From NCBI GenBank assembly GCA_958296135.2, contig CATQHZ020000001.1:1664001-1728000 (forward strand): DNA of 64,000 nt, written 5' to 3'. Origin of the DNA: an uncultured Poribacteria bacterium. Its GTDB lineage: Bacteria; Poribacteria; WGA-4E; WGA-3G. Below the pieces are notes generated by a model that saw only the letters and a list, made by a program, of their open reading frames with translations, ran no database searches and had not been told where the DNA came from. A program made the translations under genes and the position numbers. Below are positions 17,657 through 27,950 of this stretch, piece after piece (the stretch's first letter is position 1; every line of letters starts with the position of its first letter).

Positions 17657-19786
17657 CTATAAACGGTTCGCGAAAAACATCTCAATTATTACGAGTGCTA
17701 GCACCGCGAACATCAGATATGTCCAAACGTTTTGGTTCTTCTCAACGTCTTTTCGGTATTGCGCGACCAGTTCTCCCTGAGTTCCACCATTTTCTGCATC
17801 GGCATCCGTCGGCGTTCCGATGAGCATGCTGGTGAGCTCTTCAACGTCACGGGATGCCAAGTCGGATTCAGTTGCATCGACGTTAACGACGAAATACTGA
17901 GGTTCTGTCGCGGATGCATGCACGGAATAGATGCCGGGGAGGTGCGTGGTTTTATAGATTAACATATCTTCTTCGGCAAGCGTGCGCGTCTCGGCTTTGC
18001 TCGGGTCGAAAATGGCCACCTCCTGGCCGATATGCTCGTCAAATCCGTGCAGGGTGATGCTGTCGCCGACCTGGTGCGCAGGCGTATCTTCCGCTCGCAC
18101 CAAGGCGAGATATTTGATGCACTCGTGCAGGAACGGCAAATAGACTGCACGGATGGGCAAATCGTTCCACTCTCTGTCAATCGTTGATGTCCAGCAGAGG
18201 ACGCGCCCGGTTCCGTGGACTTTCTCAAGGAGTGCTGGGTTGTCATCGTCGTAAGCGGCGAGGACGGTTGCTTCTGCTGTCAGCACGGCCTGAAAATATC
18301 GGTAGATGCGCGCCTTGCCGAAATCACCGTGGTTAGGTTCTTTGAACGGTGCGAAAATCGGGTGCTCGTAGTTAACAGTGGCGATGACACGAAATTGTTC
18401 CCGCACGATGGCATCGCCGACAGCTTGAACAAAAGTGCAAGGCATTAGTTCGTCAAGCGTCTGCTGATACGCTGTGCTATCCACCCGGTCTCCTGCTGTA
18501 ACAATCAGTCCTCCGCCTGCACTGACGTAAGTCTTCAAGCGTTGTGCTTCCGCTGCCGTGAGACTCGGCACATTCGCGAGGATGACGACATCGTAGTTCG
18601 CCAGATGCCCTTCCGGCAACTTCGCCGATTCTGTCACGTCGATGGGAACGGCAGTGTTACCCACTTCAATCGCCCGTTTTAGAAAGAAGAGTTCATCGTC
18701 ATGCTGCGCGTCGGATTCGCCGTTGACACAATGCACTTTAATCGCCTTTAAACTTTGTAACATAAAATAGCGTTTGTTGTCAACAGCGAGTGCATCGTCC
18801 GGAATTTCCACCCAGCCGGTATGTGTTGTTCCTAGCGGTGATGTGGCCTGGCGAGGGCCTGGCCCTCGCCCTACGGTTCTCGCTAGAGGCAGTTTGAAGA
18901 CTGCATCTGCGATGTCGTCGGGTTCAATGTCCACCTCTGTCGTGCTAACGGTTTGTCCATCAATGATAAGTTTCACCGTCACATCTTCTGCCGACTCATT
19001 CCCAAAATTATGGACGCGCGCGATGAGCTGCGCCGTTTTCTGTTCAGTCAGAACCACAGGCGGCACACTCATGCCGGTGATGGCAACATTGCGTGGTGCT
19101 TCAGCACGCACATCGACAAAGACGATGGTGACATCAGGACTCAGTTTATCAGTCTCAACCACGTTCTCCCATCCCTTTTTTTGCATGTCCGCGACTAGGT
19201 AAATCTCCTTTCTTCCGATGAGGAGCGGCTGAAGGAGTTCATCCGCTGTCTGGAGCGCGTCAAGATAGTCTGTTGTCTCGTTCGTGGCCTCGGCACTGTT
19301 GATAGCGGTGCTGATATGCGAAAACTCGGAACCGAGGGGCGCGACGACGCGTGCTTTATCCGATGAGAGGATAAGGCACGCGGCATCGGCGGTATCAAGT
19401 CCACCTAGAATTTTTAACGCCTCTTTTTTCGCAGTCACGAACGTATCGGCTCCGCCACCAAAATACTGCATGCTGTAGGAAGTGTCAAGGACAATGATGA
19501 CGTTCCGTTTTCCACCTGTCTGCTGTGTGTTTGACACCGGGTCTGCTGCGAAATAGGGCCGCGCGAAGGCAGACCCGAGCAGCAGAACGATGAGGATGCG
19601 CATCAGCAGGAGCAGCATCTGCTTCAGTTTGTGCCGCTGCACGTTAGTCTGATGCGACATCTGAATGAAGCGCACTGTGCTGAAAATCAGCCGCCGTGCG
19701 CGTTCCCGATTTAGCAGATGGATGATGAGCGGCAGGGCGGCACCTAGCGCGCCTGCCGCTACGAATAAGGGTGTCAAAAATCCCAT
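17657..19786 (-). CDS. BatA/VWA domain membrane protein with Ig-like and glutamine-amidotransferase-like domains
   Basis: LPLIIHLL..FST.RF BatA N-terminus, MIDAS DTSYSM, DALAVDN, YDVVILANV, C-terminal TM. Confidence 0.85.
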   Translation of the reverse strand: MGFLTPLFVAAGALGAALPLIIHLLNRERARRLIFSTVRFIQMSHQTNVQRHKLKQMLLLLMRILIVLLLGSAFARPYFAADPVSNTQQTGGKRNVIIVLDTSYSMQYFGGGADTFVTAKKEALKILGGLDTADAACLILSSDKARVVAPLGSEFSHISTAINSAEATNETTDYLDALQTADELLQPLLIGRKEIYLVADMQKKGWENVVETDKLSPDVTIVFVDVRAEAPRNVAITGMSVPPVVLTEQKTAQLIARVHNFGNESAEDVTVKLIIDGQTVSTTEVDIEPDDIADAVFKLPLARTVGRGPGPRQATSPLGTTHTGWVEIPDDALAVDNKRYFMLQSLKAIKVHCVNGESDAQHDDELFFLKRAIEVGNTAVPIDVTESAKLPEGHLANYDVVILANVPSLTAAEAQRLKTYVSAGGGLIVTAGDRVDSTAYQQTLDELMPCTFVQAVGDAIVREQFRVIATVNYEHPIFAPFKEPNHGDFGKARIYRYFQAVLTAEATVLAAYDDDNPALLEKVHGTGRVLCWTSTIDREWNDLPIRAVYLPFLHECIKYLALVRAEDTPAHQVGDSITLHGFDEHIGQEVAIFDPSKAETRTLAEEDMLIYKTTHLPGIYSVHASATEPQYFVVNVDATESDLASRDVEELTSMLIGTPTDADAENGGTQGELVAQYRKDVEKNQNVWTYLMFAVLALVIIEMFFANRL

Positions 19787-19788
19787 TT

Positions 19789-20721
19789 TTACGAGATTCC
19801 CTGGCGTTTTGCCAAATAGGAAGTGAGCGCGAAATCGATTGGCGTTGACGTGTTTATCAGGTTGTAATCGATATCCGCCTGACGTAACGCCACGCTGTAG
19901 TCGTTGATAAACTGGTTGAAATGGCTCAAATAACTCTCCTGAATCGCCGCCGGGGTGGTGAGTATCTCCGCGCCGCTCTCCGAATCGACGAACCGAATGG
20001 GACGCTCATACGGAAAGGCGAGTTCTTGCTGCGCGAGCACGTGAAAGACAATAACCTCGTGCCCTTCGTGCCGGAGATGTTCTAAGCCTTTGACAACTTC
20101 GTCCTGGTGTTCGTCGTAGAGATCGGAGATGAGAATGACGAGCCCCCGTTTCGTGAGGCGTTCGGCAATCTGGTGCAGCGGTGCACCGAGTTGGGTGCCC
20201 TTCGCGGTTTGGAGTGTCTCCAAAGTTAACAAAATCGCGTGCAGATGCGATGCACTGCTGCGCGCCGGAAGATACTCGTGAAGCGTCTCATCAAAATAGG
20301 CGAACCCGATGGCATCGCGCTGGCGCGCCATGAAATAGGCGAGGGACGCGATGAGGAAACTTCCATATTGCAGCTTTGTTATCGGCGTGCGCTGCTCAGG
20401 TTCCATCGTTTCACGTTCATCATGCACCGGATGCATCATCGACTCACTTGTATCCAGCAACAGGTAGCAGTTGAGGTTAGTCTCTTCCTCAAACTGTTTG
20501 ATGTAATACCGGTCGGTGCGCGCGTAAGCCTTCCAGTCGATATGCTTGGTATCATCACCGGGCATATACTGGCGATATTGCGAGAACTCCACGCTGAAAC
20601 CGTGATAGGGGCTCTTGTGAAGTCCGGAGATAAATCCTTCCACCACAAATTTGGCAATCAATTCCAGATTGCCAATTCTGGCGAGGATTTCGGGATTTAA
20701 GTATCTGCGGCTATCTTTCAC
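19789..20721 (-). CDS. DUF58 (MoxR-associated VWA-like) protein
   Basis: GLHKSPYHGFSVEFSQYRQYMPGDD.KHIDWK, DTSESM; GTG start at 20721 with GGAG. Confidence 0.9.
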   Translation of the reverse strand: MKDSRRYLNPEILARIGNLELIAKFVVEGFISGLHKSPYHGFSVEFSQYRQYMPGDDTKHIDWKAYARTDRYYIKQFEEETNLNCYLLLDTSESMMHPVHDERETMEPEQRTPITKLQYGSFLIASLAYFMARQRDAIGFAYFDETLHEYLPARSSASHLHAILLTLETLQTAKGTQLGAPLHQIAERLTKRGLVILISDLYDEHQDEVVKGLEHLRHEGHEVIVFHVLAQQELAFPYERPIRFVDSESGAEILTTPAAIQESYLSHFNQFINDYSVALRQADIDYNLINTSTPIDFALTSYLAKRQGIS

Positions 20722-20817
20722 GGTGGATATTCTCCATTTTAATACGAATATGCGGCCTGATACGTCAACCTTTTCTGCACAGTAGCAGCCAAACAACGCA
20801 TTGCGCGGTATAAAAAA

Positions 20818-22683
20818 CTATTTTTTCTTGAGAACGAGGAGCGTCAGATCATCGAACTGGTCTGCCTCTCCTTGGAACGCTATTACTGCGTCGTAAACGT
20901 GCTTCATGATGTCCGCGGCTTGCGCGTTAGGTGCTTGACTCGCTTCTACCGCGTCTGGTTCAAGCCGTTCTTCATAATCCTCATCCGCAATGTTGATAGT
21001 TTCGGTGACACCGTCGGTATAGTAAATAACGACATCACCGCTGTTGAGCTGCACCTGCTCGGCGGCATAGTCGGCGATGAGCGGCACCATATCATTCGGG
21101 AACATGCCGAGGGGCAATCCGCCGATCTCTTCCCCTATCCACTGCGTTGTCCCATCCTTCCGCACAATCAAGGGTGGGTTATGCCCTGCATTGAGGACGG
21201 TGAGCATATCAGTTTCGGGGTTCAGATAGGTGTAGAAGAATGTGGCGAATTTTTCCTCTGTTCCGCTTGCATAAAGCAGAGAATTGAGGGTGAGTGCCAT
21301 ATCACAGAGCCGTTTCGCTATGTCTCTGTCAGGATTCGCGCCTTCGTCGGTTTTTGCTACTTCGGAGAGGAGCCCCGCTCGGAGTGTTGCCATGAGGAGC
21401 GCGGCTTGCATCCCCTTTCCGGAGACATCGGCGATGGCGAGCCCCCAGCGATTCGCGGCGGGAAGTTCAAGGCAATCGAAATAGTCACCGCCGACGGGCC
21501 CGCGGGGTTCGTAATGCCCGGCGACATCATAGCCAGGAATGTCGGGTAGCGTCTCTGGGATGAGGTTTTCTTGAATTTTTCGGGCTTCTTCCATCTCTGC
21601 TTGCAAATGGCGCGCTTCCAATGCCTCTTGATGCAGTTGCGCGTTTTCAATAGCAACGCCGGCCTGCTTGGCAAAGGAATCCAGTAGGATTGCATCTTCA
21701 TCGGTGAACGCCGTGATTCTGCCGCCGCGTTCTTCCTTATCGCCGACGACGAGCACCCCTAACACGTCTGCGTCGCGGCCGAGAATCGGCACTGCCATGA
21801 TGTTGTTCGCGCCAAGTCGCGCATCCTCGTGAGTGTCGGTGTGCGCGGTCTTCCCCTCTTTTGCGACATCTGCCAACGTCTTTTCTGTATGGCACTCTTC
21901 TCCCACACCCTCACCGTCTAGTTGGATTTTCGTTGGGAACTCGGAGGCAAGGGTTTCTGGAAAGGTGTATTTCCATTCAATCTCGGGCTGCTGCGAGTGC
22001 TTGAGTAGCAGCCCGCCGGCGTTTGCATCTAAGAGGGATACGGCTTGATGCACCACCTGCTGTGCTGCGTCTTCCGGCTGGAGCAGCTGGCAGATTTGCG
22101 GCGCGCTTTCAGCGAGCATAAACAGCCGGAACTTTTCGCCTTGGATGCCTTCCATCATCTGTGAATAGGCGATGGCTATTGAGAGTTGGTGCGCCAGAAT
22201 CGTTAGCAGTTCTTGCTCCCATGCCTCCAGTTCGGTTCGCCCTAAAAATCTGCCGAGGCTCAGGATGCCGAGCAGTTCATCGTGGATTTTCAGGGGTACC
22301 CAGAGGCGTGCATCTATGCCGGCGCAGAGCTCCGCATGCCGGGCGAAAAAACCTTCGAGCCCGGTCGGCGGTGAACCTATTTGAATAAACGGATGTTGCA
22401 GTAACTGCGCCACATCTTCCGGTTCCACGGCGATGATAAGGGATTTTTCATCGGCACGCCGTTCCGGTGCGGATGCGGCCACGGTGAGATAATTGTCTGC
22501 AGGATGGAAGCGCAAAATGGCACCGCGCGTGCTCTGAAGCGTGCCGAGTGCAATCCGCAAGTAGGTTTTGCTGGACACGTTAAAATTGCTATGTCCAGAG
22601 ATAAGCGTCTGCCCGAGTTGCTCCAACTCGGATAGACTGAAGATGAGCCGTTGTATTGTTTCTTCGGCTGTGCTGAGCTGCAT
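20818..22683 (-). CDS. GAF-GAF-SpoIIE (RsbU-like) PP2C phosphatase
   Basis: VGGDYFD, ADVSGKG, NAGHNPP, YTDGVTE, DDLT; two GAF-like segments. Confidence 0.92.
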   Translation of the reverse strand: MQLSTAEETIQRLIFSLSELEQLGQTLISGHSNFNVSSKTYLRIALGTLQSTRGAILRFHPADNYLTVAASAPERRADEKSLIIAVEPEDVAQLLQHPFIQIGSPPTGLEGFFARHAELCAGIDARLWVPLKIHDELLGILSLGRFLGRTELEAWEQELLTILAHQLSIAIAYSQMMEGIQGEKFRLFMLAESAPQICQLLQPEDAAQQVVHQAVSLLDANAGGLLLKHSQQPEIEWKYTFPETLASEFPTKIQLDGEGVGEECHTEKTLADVAKEGKTAHTDTHEDARLGANNIMAVPILGRDADVLGVLVVGDKEERGGRITAFTDEDAILLDSFAKQAGVAIENAQLHQEALEARHLQAEMEEARKIQENLIPETLPDIPGYDVAGHYEPRGPVGGDYFDCLELPAANRWGLAIADVSGKGMQAALLMATLRAGLLSEVAKTDEGANPDRDIAKRLCDMALTLNSLLYASGTEEKFATFFYTYLNPETDMLTVLNAGHNPPLIVRKDGTTQWIGEEIGGLPLGMFPNDMVPLIADYAAEQVQLNSGDVVIYYTDGVTETINIADEDYEERLEPDAVEASQAPNAQAADIMKHVYDAVIAFQGEADQFDDLTLLVLKKK

Positions 22684-22843
22684 GTTTCTTGTGCTCCTTG
22701 CTCATTTCCCACGGCGTTTTGGCCTGACGGCCCCGCCCGACGTAACATTTTATTGGAAAGCGCGCCTCCCGGTTTAATGCCGGTGGAGAATGGAAGGTTT
22801 CGGCAGGGGAACCCCGCGGCGGGATTCCCCTTACGCGCCCGCT

Positions 22844-23188
22844 CTATAGATTCTCAATAGCGGCTTGTTCGTCAGGGAAGATGCCGGCATACTTCGCGAT
22901 GGCCATCATACGAAATGTGCGTTCCTGTGTCGCGGACAGCCCACAGAAGTTCAGCGTTCCCTCGCGTTCGTCAAGTGCCTCAATGATTTCTATGAGAATT
23001 GATATGCCAATGCTGTTAATCAGTGCCGTTTTCTCAAGATTGATGACGAGTTTCGTGCGTCCTTCCTGGATGAGCCCGTGTGCCTTCGCTGACAGTGCTT
23101 CTCCAAGTGCATCGTTCAGGTAACCTTCCGTATCAATCACGGCGTAATCCTGTTCATCACGAATCTGTATATCAAATTTGTTCAACAA
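22844..23188 (-). CDS. STAS anti-sigma factor antagonist (RsbV-like)
   Basis: INSIGIS phospho-Ser motif, 114 aa. Confidence 0.88.
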   Translation of the reverse strand: MLNKFDIQIRDEQDYAVIDTEGYLNDALGEALSAKAHGLIQEGRTKLVINLEKTALINSIGISILIEIIEALDEREGTLNFCGLSATQERTFRMMAIAKYAGIFPDEQAAIENL

Positions 23189-23367
23189 AACAGAAGCCTC
23201 CTTCTCCTCCGTGTCGTCGGCGAGGAAATCGGAATCGCGCTCGTCTTCTCCAGCGCGTTTACAAATGGCGCGCTACAGCGCGCTTCCTGAAAATCGGAAT
23301 CGCGACTGGGAGCCCGCTCCTACCGGAAAAGGCATAAGCACTGCGGCGCGTGCGCAGCACTCACGCC

Positions 23368-23805
23368 TTAAGCCGTTTGTTTCCTTTTAATGACACTGAC
23401 AGTCGTCCCATTTGAGCCGCTCTCAATGTCCACTTCGTCCATGAGGGTTCTGACAATTTCTAACCCCCACCCGCGCTTATGCATGACAGGATCCAATAGT
23501 CCCGGCCGCTTCGCTGTGCTGGCACCAGGTTCATCGGATTCAAACCCGACTCCCTGGTCGGTGACTTTCAACTCCAGCTCATCATCCTTCATGATGAACT
23601 CAATGAACACCTGCTGGTCTTCGCTTTGGCTATGCTCAAAAGCGTTAATGCAGGTCTCGATGAGCGCGAGCTGAATCTCTTCAATCTGCCCCTCGTTAAA
23701 GTCCATCAATTCGGCGAGGACGGAGGCAATCTTGGCGGCGGCAAGCTCCATATCCGGGTACATCGGTATCGTCAGGAGCACTTCGTGTTTGGCTTTAAGT
23801 GACAC
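23368..23805 (-). CDS. Anti-sigma factor Ser kinase (RsbW-like, HATPase_c_2)
   Basis: ETCINAFEH, DQGVGF, RGWGLEIVRTLMDEV. Confidence 0.9.
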   Translation of the reverse strand: MSLKAKHEVLLTIPMYPDMELAAAKIASVLAELMDFNEGQIEEIQLALIETCINAFEHSQSEDQQVFIEFIMKDDELELKVTDQGVGFESDEPGASTAKRPGLLDPVMHKRGWGLEIVRTLMDEVDIESGSNGTTVSVIKRKQTA

Positions 23806-23914
23806 GCTGCGTTGCCCTCCTTTTCCAAAACTTATACGGAAGCTGGTTCCGATTATTGACGAAAATTTTTAGGAGAAATAACCGAATAATTGTCATTTCT
23901 CATATTACGTAACA

Positions 23915-23943
23915 ATAATATCACTTTTTTCAAAATATGTCAA
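23915..23943 (-). promoter_or_regulatory. sigma70-type promoter of the rsb-like operon
   Basis: TTGACA-17-TATTAT with TG extension. Confidence 0.7.
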
Positions 23944-23995
23944 GGTTAAAATATTTTCAACCTAACCCAACCGACGATGGAAGCGCGAGGGCCTG

Positions 23996-24058
23996 GCCCC
24001 TCATAACCCCCTCATAACCCCCTCATAACCCCCTCATAACCCTCCGCAACCCCCTCAA
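23996..24058. repeat. 11-bp minisatellite (CCCCTCATAAC x4 plus degenerate copies) between two REP halves
   Basis: Directly visible; flanked by gcgcgagggcctggcc and ggcgcgggacaggccctcgcg. Confidence 0.85.
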
Positions 24059-24120
24059 CTTGACATGGCGCGGGACAGGCCCTCGCGAAACGCCTGCACC
24101 AAGACGGAGGTTATTTAATG

Positions 24121-25134
24121 CTACTCCTGATGCAGCGTCACCGAGCGGCGCGGCGGACTGAATTCCTGCGGCGTTAACGGCACCGCCTGATTCTGGTAAA
24201 CCTGCACCCGATAGGAGCCGTTGTCCGGCACGAACATCAAGCCATCGTTACTGACAGCGACAGACTTCGGTTTCCGCAGGTATTTCTGCGGCTCCAAATC
24301 TGCCATATCGCGCATGCGGTTGGGACTGGCATTCGTCATCATATAGTCTAACGCGACTTTTGACAACGTCGCATCGCCAAGGAACTTTTGCACGTACCGT
24401 CCCTCCGCGTTGAAGAGTTGTATCCGGTCGTTGCCGGTGTCAGCGACGTAAATATCGCCGTGTGCGTCTACGTCAATGCCCGCCGGCCGGTTAAATTCGC
24501 CGTTGCCGCTGCCAGAGCTGCCGAATGCGAAGAGAAAACCTCCCTCAGCGGTGAACTTCTGCACCCGGTCGTTCCGCCAATCCACGACGTAGACATCGCC
24601 GAGTTCGTCAACAGCGACACCCCAAGGCATGTTGAATTCACCTTCGCCGGTGCCGTAACTGCCCCACTGCAAGAGGAACTTACCGTCTTTGGTAAACTTC
24701 TGCACCCTGTGACTCAGGCTATCAACGACGTAGAGATTTTCATCAGCATCGAAGGCGATGCCAGCGGGGCCGTTGAGTTTCCCTGCGTTGGTGCCGTGTT
24801 CACCCCATGTGCCAATATGTTCGCCCTCGCTGTTAAATGCGACGATGCGATGCAGAAATTCATCGGAGACGTAGAGGTTTTCCGCGCTATCGGCGATGAT
24901 GGTGACAGGCCATGTGAATTGTCCATCGCCTTTTCCGTAGCCGCCCATCGTGCCGCGGTCTTCGTCATCAACGGTATATTTCCGGATCATCGCGGTGCCA
25001 TCGCTGCGGCACATGATATATAAACGTCCCTCTTTTCCGAGGGCGATATCGATGGGAAAGTTCGTTGTTCGCCGCATGCTGAGACACTTGAGGTAAGGAA
25101 AGCCCGCACGTAAGAGCCCATAAGGTCTGGCCAT
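24121..25134 (-). CDS. NHL-repeat beta-propeller protein
   Basis: Repeated G.F..P.GIA.D..G..YV.D..N.RVQKF. Confidence 0.92.
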   Translation of the reverse strand: MARPYGLLRAGFPYLKCLSMRRTTNFPIDIALGKEGRLYIMCRSDGTAMIRKYTVDDEDRGTMGGYGKGDGQFTWPVTIIADSAENLYVSDEFLHRIVAFNSEGEHIGTWGEHGTNAGKLNGPAGIAFDADENLYVVDSLSHRVQKFTKDGKFLLQWGSYGTGEGEFNMPWGVAVDELGDVYVVDWRNDRVQKFTAEGGFLFAFGSSGSGNGEFNRPAGIDVDAHGDIYVADTGNDRIQLFNAEGRYVQKFLGDATLSKVALDYMMTNASPNRMRDMADLEPQKYLRKPKSVAVSNDGLMFVPDNGSYRVQVYQNQAVPLTPQEFSPPRRSVTLHQE

Positions 25135-25212
25135 GGTTCATCTCCAGTTCTGTCATAGGATAGGCGGATAAGGCGCCGGTAGGCGCGGCTGGCAACCGCG
25201 CCTATCTGAAAC

Positions 25213-26349
25213 CTACTCAGAAAACGGATAAATCTGCTCAAAATTCCCGTTGACTATCGGTGTCGGATCGATGCCCATCCACTGTTCGATGAGCGTTCCG
25301 TAGATGCCGCGGAAATCAATGGTATGCTCCAGGTCTTCGCCGTGCACCCATCGCGAGGGTTCTAGCGAGGGGTACTCGGCGTAGAGGCCACCCTTCACCT
25401 TATCGCCGATGATGAACGCGCCGCCGCCGGTGCCGTGGTCTGTCCCGCTGGCGTTGTCACGGATGCGCCGTCCAAATTCAGTGAAGACAAGCATTACCAC
25501 TTCTTCGGAGGTATGATGCGCGCGCAGATCGGTGAAGAACGCCTGAATCGCCTCGGTGAGGTCTTTCAATAAGCGCGGGTGCGCCGGGACTTCATTGGCA
25601 TGGTTATCGTAACCGCCGTGCTGCGCGTAAAAGACACGCGTACCGAGGTCAGCGAGGTGGACGCGCGCCACGTCTCGGAGACTTTTCGCGATACTGCTTT
25701 TTGGATACTCCACGTCGGAAGTGTACGTCGCCGGTGCCTTCTGGAGTTCGTCCGCGCCTTTGAGGACATCCATCCCGGTTTGGCTGAGGTAGTCCATCAC
25801 GATGCCGTTGCCGACGGTGCTGCTATACATTTGCTTGAACGTCTCAAGTGCCTGTTCGCGTTGCGATGTATCGCCGATGCTGGTGAGCAGGCCGTAGTTA
25901 TCCAAGTCGCCGACAGAAGTGACAGGTGTGCCTGCGAGGGCACATGCACGCGGGAGTCCCTGTCCGAAACTCACGCCAGTTAAGACGTTCTGCCCCCTCG
26001 GGTCCAATTCCCTCACGATTCGGCCCACCCAGCCTTCCGTGCCGATTTTTTCAGGCTCGCACGTGTGCCAAATATCCATTGCCCGGAAATGAGAGCGATT
26101 TGAATCCGGGTAGCCGATGCCTTGCACGACAGCGACCTCGCCCGCGTCAAACATCTCCATCAGGGGTGTGGCGTGCGGATTCCACCCGAGCGTATCGTTC
26201 GTCGGTAAGACATCTTCTGCCTTAATCCGTACGACGGGCCGGGAATCGTGGTAAATTCCGCTCGTGTAAGGGATGAGCGTGTTCATGAAGTCGTTGCCGC
26301 CTGTGAGTTGCACGACGACGAGGACTGGTGCTTTCGGGGTTGCAGTCAT
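25213..26349 (-). CDS. DUF1501 protein
   Basis: VVQLTGGND, NRSHFRAMDIW, TEFGRR, GTDHG; adjacent to DUF1800. Confidence 0.9.
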   Translation of the reverse strand: MTATPKAPVLVVVQLTGGNDFMNTLIPYTSGIYHDSRPVVRIKAEDVLPTNDTLGWNPHATPLMEMFDAGEVAVVQGIGYPDSNRSHFRAMDIWHTCEPEKIGTEGWVGRIVRELDPRGQNVLTGVSFGQGLPRACALAGTPVTSVGDLDNYGLLTSIGDTSQREQALETFKQMYSSTVGNGIVMDYLSQTGMDVLKGADELQKAPATYTSDVEYPKSSIAKSLRDVARVHLADLGTRVFYAQHGGYDNHANEVPAHPRLLKDLTEAIQAFFTDLRAHHTSEEVVMLVFTEFGRRIRDNASGTDHGTGGGAFIIGDKVKGGLYAEYPSLEPSRWVHGEDLEHTIDFRGIYGTLIEQWMGIDPTPIVNGNFEQIYPFSE

Positions 26350-26369
26350 TTCAGTCGTCTCCTTCCTAG

Positions 26370-27755
26370 TTATCCGAGTTGGTACTCGCGCGATGCGACG
26401 ATGAGCTGGAGCATGCTGACGACTCGGCTTTCCGTTTCCTCAGAAGCGTCTTCATCTTCAAAATTGAGCGGGCCGTTCGCCGCCGCGAACTGCGTGAGAT
26501 ACCCGTGCGTGGTGTCATTCACCTGCATCGGGCCGGCAAGTTCAAGACATTTGTCAACGAATTTCTCCGGCGCAGCATCGTTCCCTAACGCCTTCAGCTG
26601 CGCAATCACATCCTGAATGCCCGGTTTGGCCGCGTCGCTGACTTCCTTAACGGCGAAGTTGACGCGCGTTGTGAGCAAGCCGCCATCAATCCACTCTTTT
26701 CCAGTATGCCATCCCTCCACCGTTGGCGGATTGAGGAGCTGTTGCCCCATCAAACTTGTGGCCCCCGCATACTGTCCCATGCCGGGTTCCGGACGGTGAT
26801 GCGTCCCTACCAATTTCAAAATCCCTGTGACGAGCTCTGTCGGGCTCTTGATTTTGGCGAATCGCGCCGCCTTGAAAAAGTCAGCGTTGAAAAGCACACG
26901 CAGAATGTGCGACATATCGCCATCGGATTCTGTGAACGCGTTCGCGAGCGTCTCTACCGCGGCCGCATCCCGCGGTGGCGTGACGTTCCACGATGGCACC
27001 TGCGGTTCGTCTGCGACGAAGAAGTTGTAAAGATGCCGGGCAATGAACTGCGCGCAAGCCGGTTGCGCCGCGATGATGTCAATAATGTCATCACCGTTGA
27101 AGTTGCCCGTGTGCCCTAAAAAGGTCTTCTCGCCAGCGTCGTGTTCTTCTTCAACGAAGATGAAATCAGGCGAGTAGTAACCGTGTGGGTATAACGGAAT
27201 CGGCTGCGCGAACGTCCAGCCGGTGAAGGCGCGGGCGCAGTTCTTAATGTCGTCCTCCGTGTAGTTGCCTACCCCCAATGAGAAGAGCTCCAGCAATTCC
27301 CTGCCGTAGTTCTCATTGGGTTCACCCTTACGGTTCTCGTTGTTGTCGAGCCAAAAGAGCATGGCCGGGTCCTTCGATAGCGCGAGCAGGATATCCCGCA
27401 TCTTCCCCATACCGACACGGCGAAACGTATCAATCTGGTCCGACGATGCGAGGATGTGCTGGTTCTTTCCGAGCCCAGTAGCGAAGACATGGTGCCAGAA
27501 AAGTGCCATCTTCTCCTGCAGCGGACACTTGCTGTTGAGCATGCGGTATATCCAGAGCCCGACGTAGGCTCCCTCCCCGCCGAAGTAACGTTGTAAGATG
27601 TCCTCTGCAATCGGGGTCCCGCGTTCGGGGTGGACGAGTTCATCGACAACGTTTTCGTAGCCTTTTTGGACATAAGCCTCAAGTTCGGTTCGCGTGGTTC
27701 CAAATCCGGCGCGTCGCATCAGGTGCGCCATCTGTGCGACATCGTTTCCTGCCAT
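26370..27755 (-). CDS. DUF1800 protein
   Basis: HLMRRAGFG, EKMALFWHH, PNENYGRELLELFSLG, ARAFTGW, PPTVEGW; GGAGG before ATG 27755. Confidence 0.92.
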   Translation of the reverse strand: MAGNDVAQMAHLMRRAGFGTTRTELEAYVQKGYENVVDELVHPERGTPIAEDILQRYFGGEGAYVGLWIYRMLNSKCPLQEKMALFWHHVFATGLGKNQHILASSDQIDTFRRVGMGKMRDILLALSKDPAMLFWLDNNENRKGEPNENYGRELLELFSLGVGNYTEDDIKNCARAFTGWTFAQPIPLYPHGYYSPDFIFVEEEHDAGEKTFLGHTGNFNGDDIIDIIAAQPACAQFIARHLYNFFVADEPQVPSWNVTPPRDAAAVETLANAFTESDGDMSHILRVLFNADFFKAARFAKIKSPTELVTGILKLVGTHHRPEPGMGQYAGATSLMGQQLLNPPTVEGWHTGKEWIDGGLLTTRVNFAVKEVSDAAKPGIQDVIAQLKALGNDAAPEKFVDKCLELAGPMQVNDTTHGYLTQFAAANGPLNFEDEDASEETESRVVSMLQLIVASREYQLG

Positions 27756-27817
27756 GATGAGCCTCCCATCTAGCAAATTCATCGCGACTTTGCGGTTTTC
27801 CAAGCGGCATCTTATTT

Positions 27818-27846
27818 AGATTAACATCATTTGCAAAAAATGTCAA
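27818..27846 (-). promoter_or_regulatory. sigma70-type promoter of DUF1800 operon
   Basis: TTGACA-17-TAATCT. Confidence 0.6.
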
Positions 27847-27950
27847 GTTTTTTTATTTTTCTTTTCACAGAATTGTCCAACAAACAAAAAAAGCGCGGAC
27901 AGGGAACACTCCTCTGCCCGCGCTTTTGATTCCTTCAATCTTTCGTCAAC

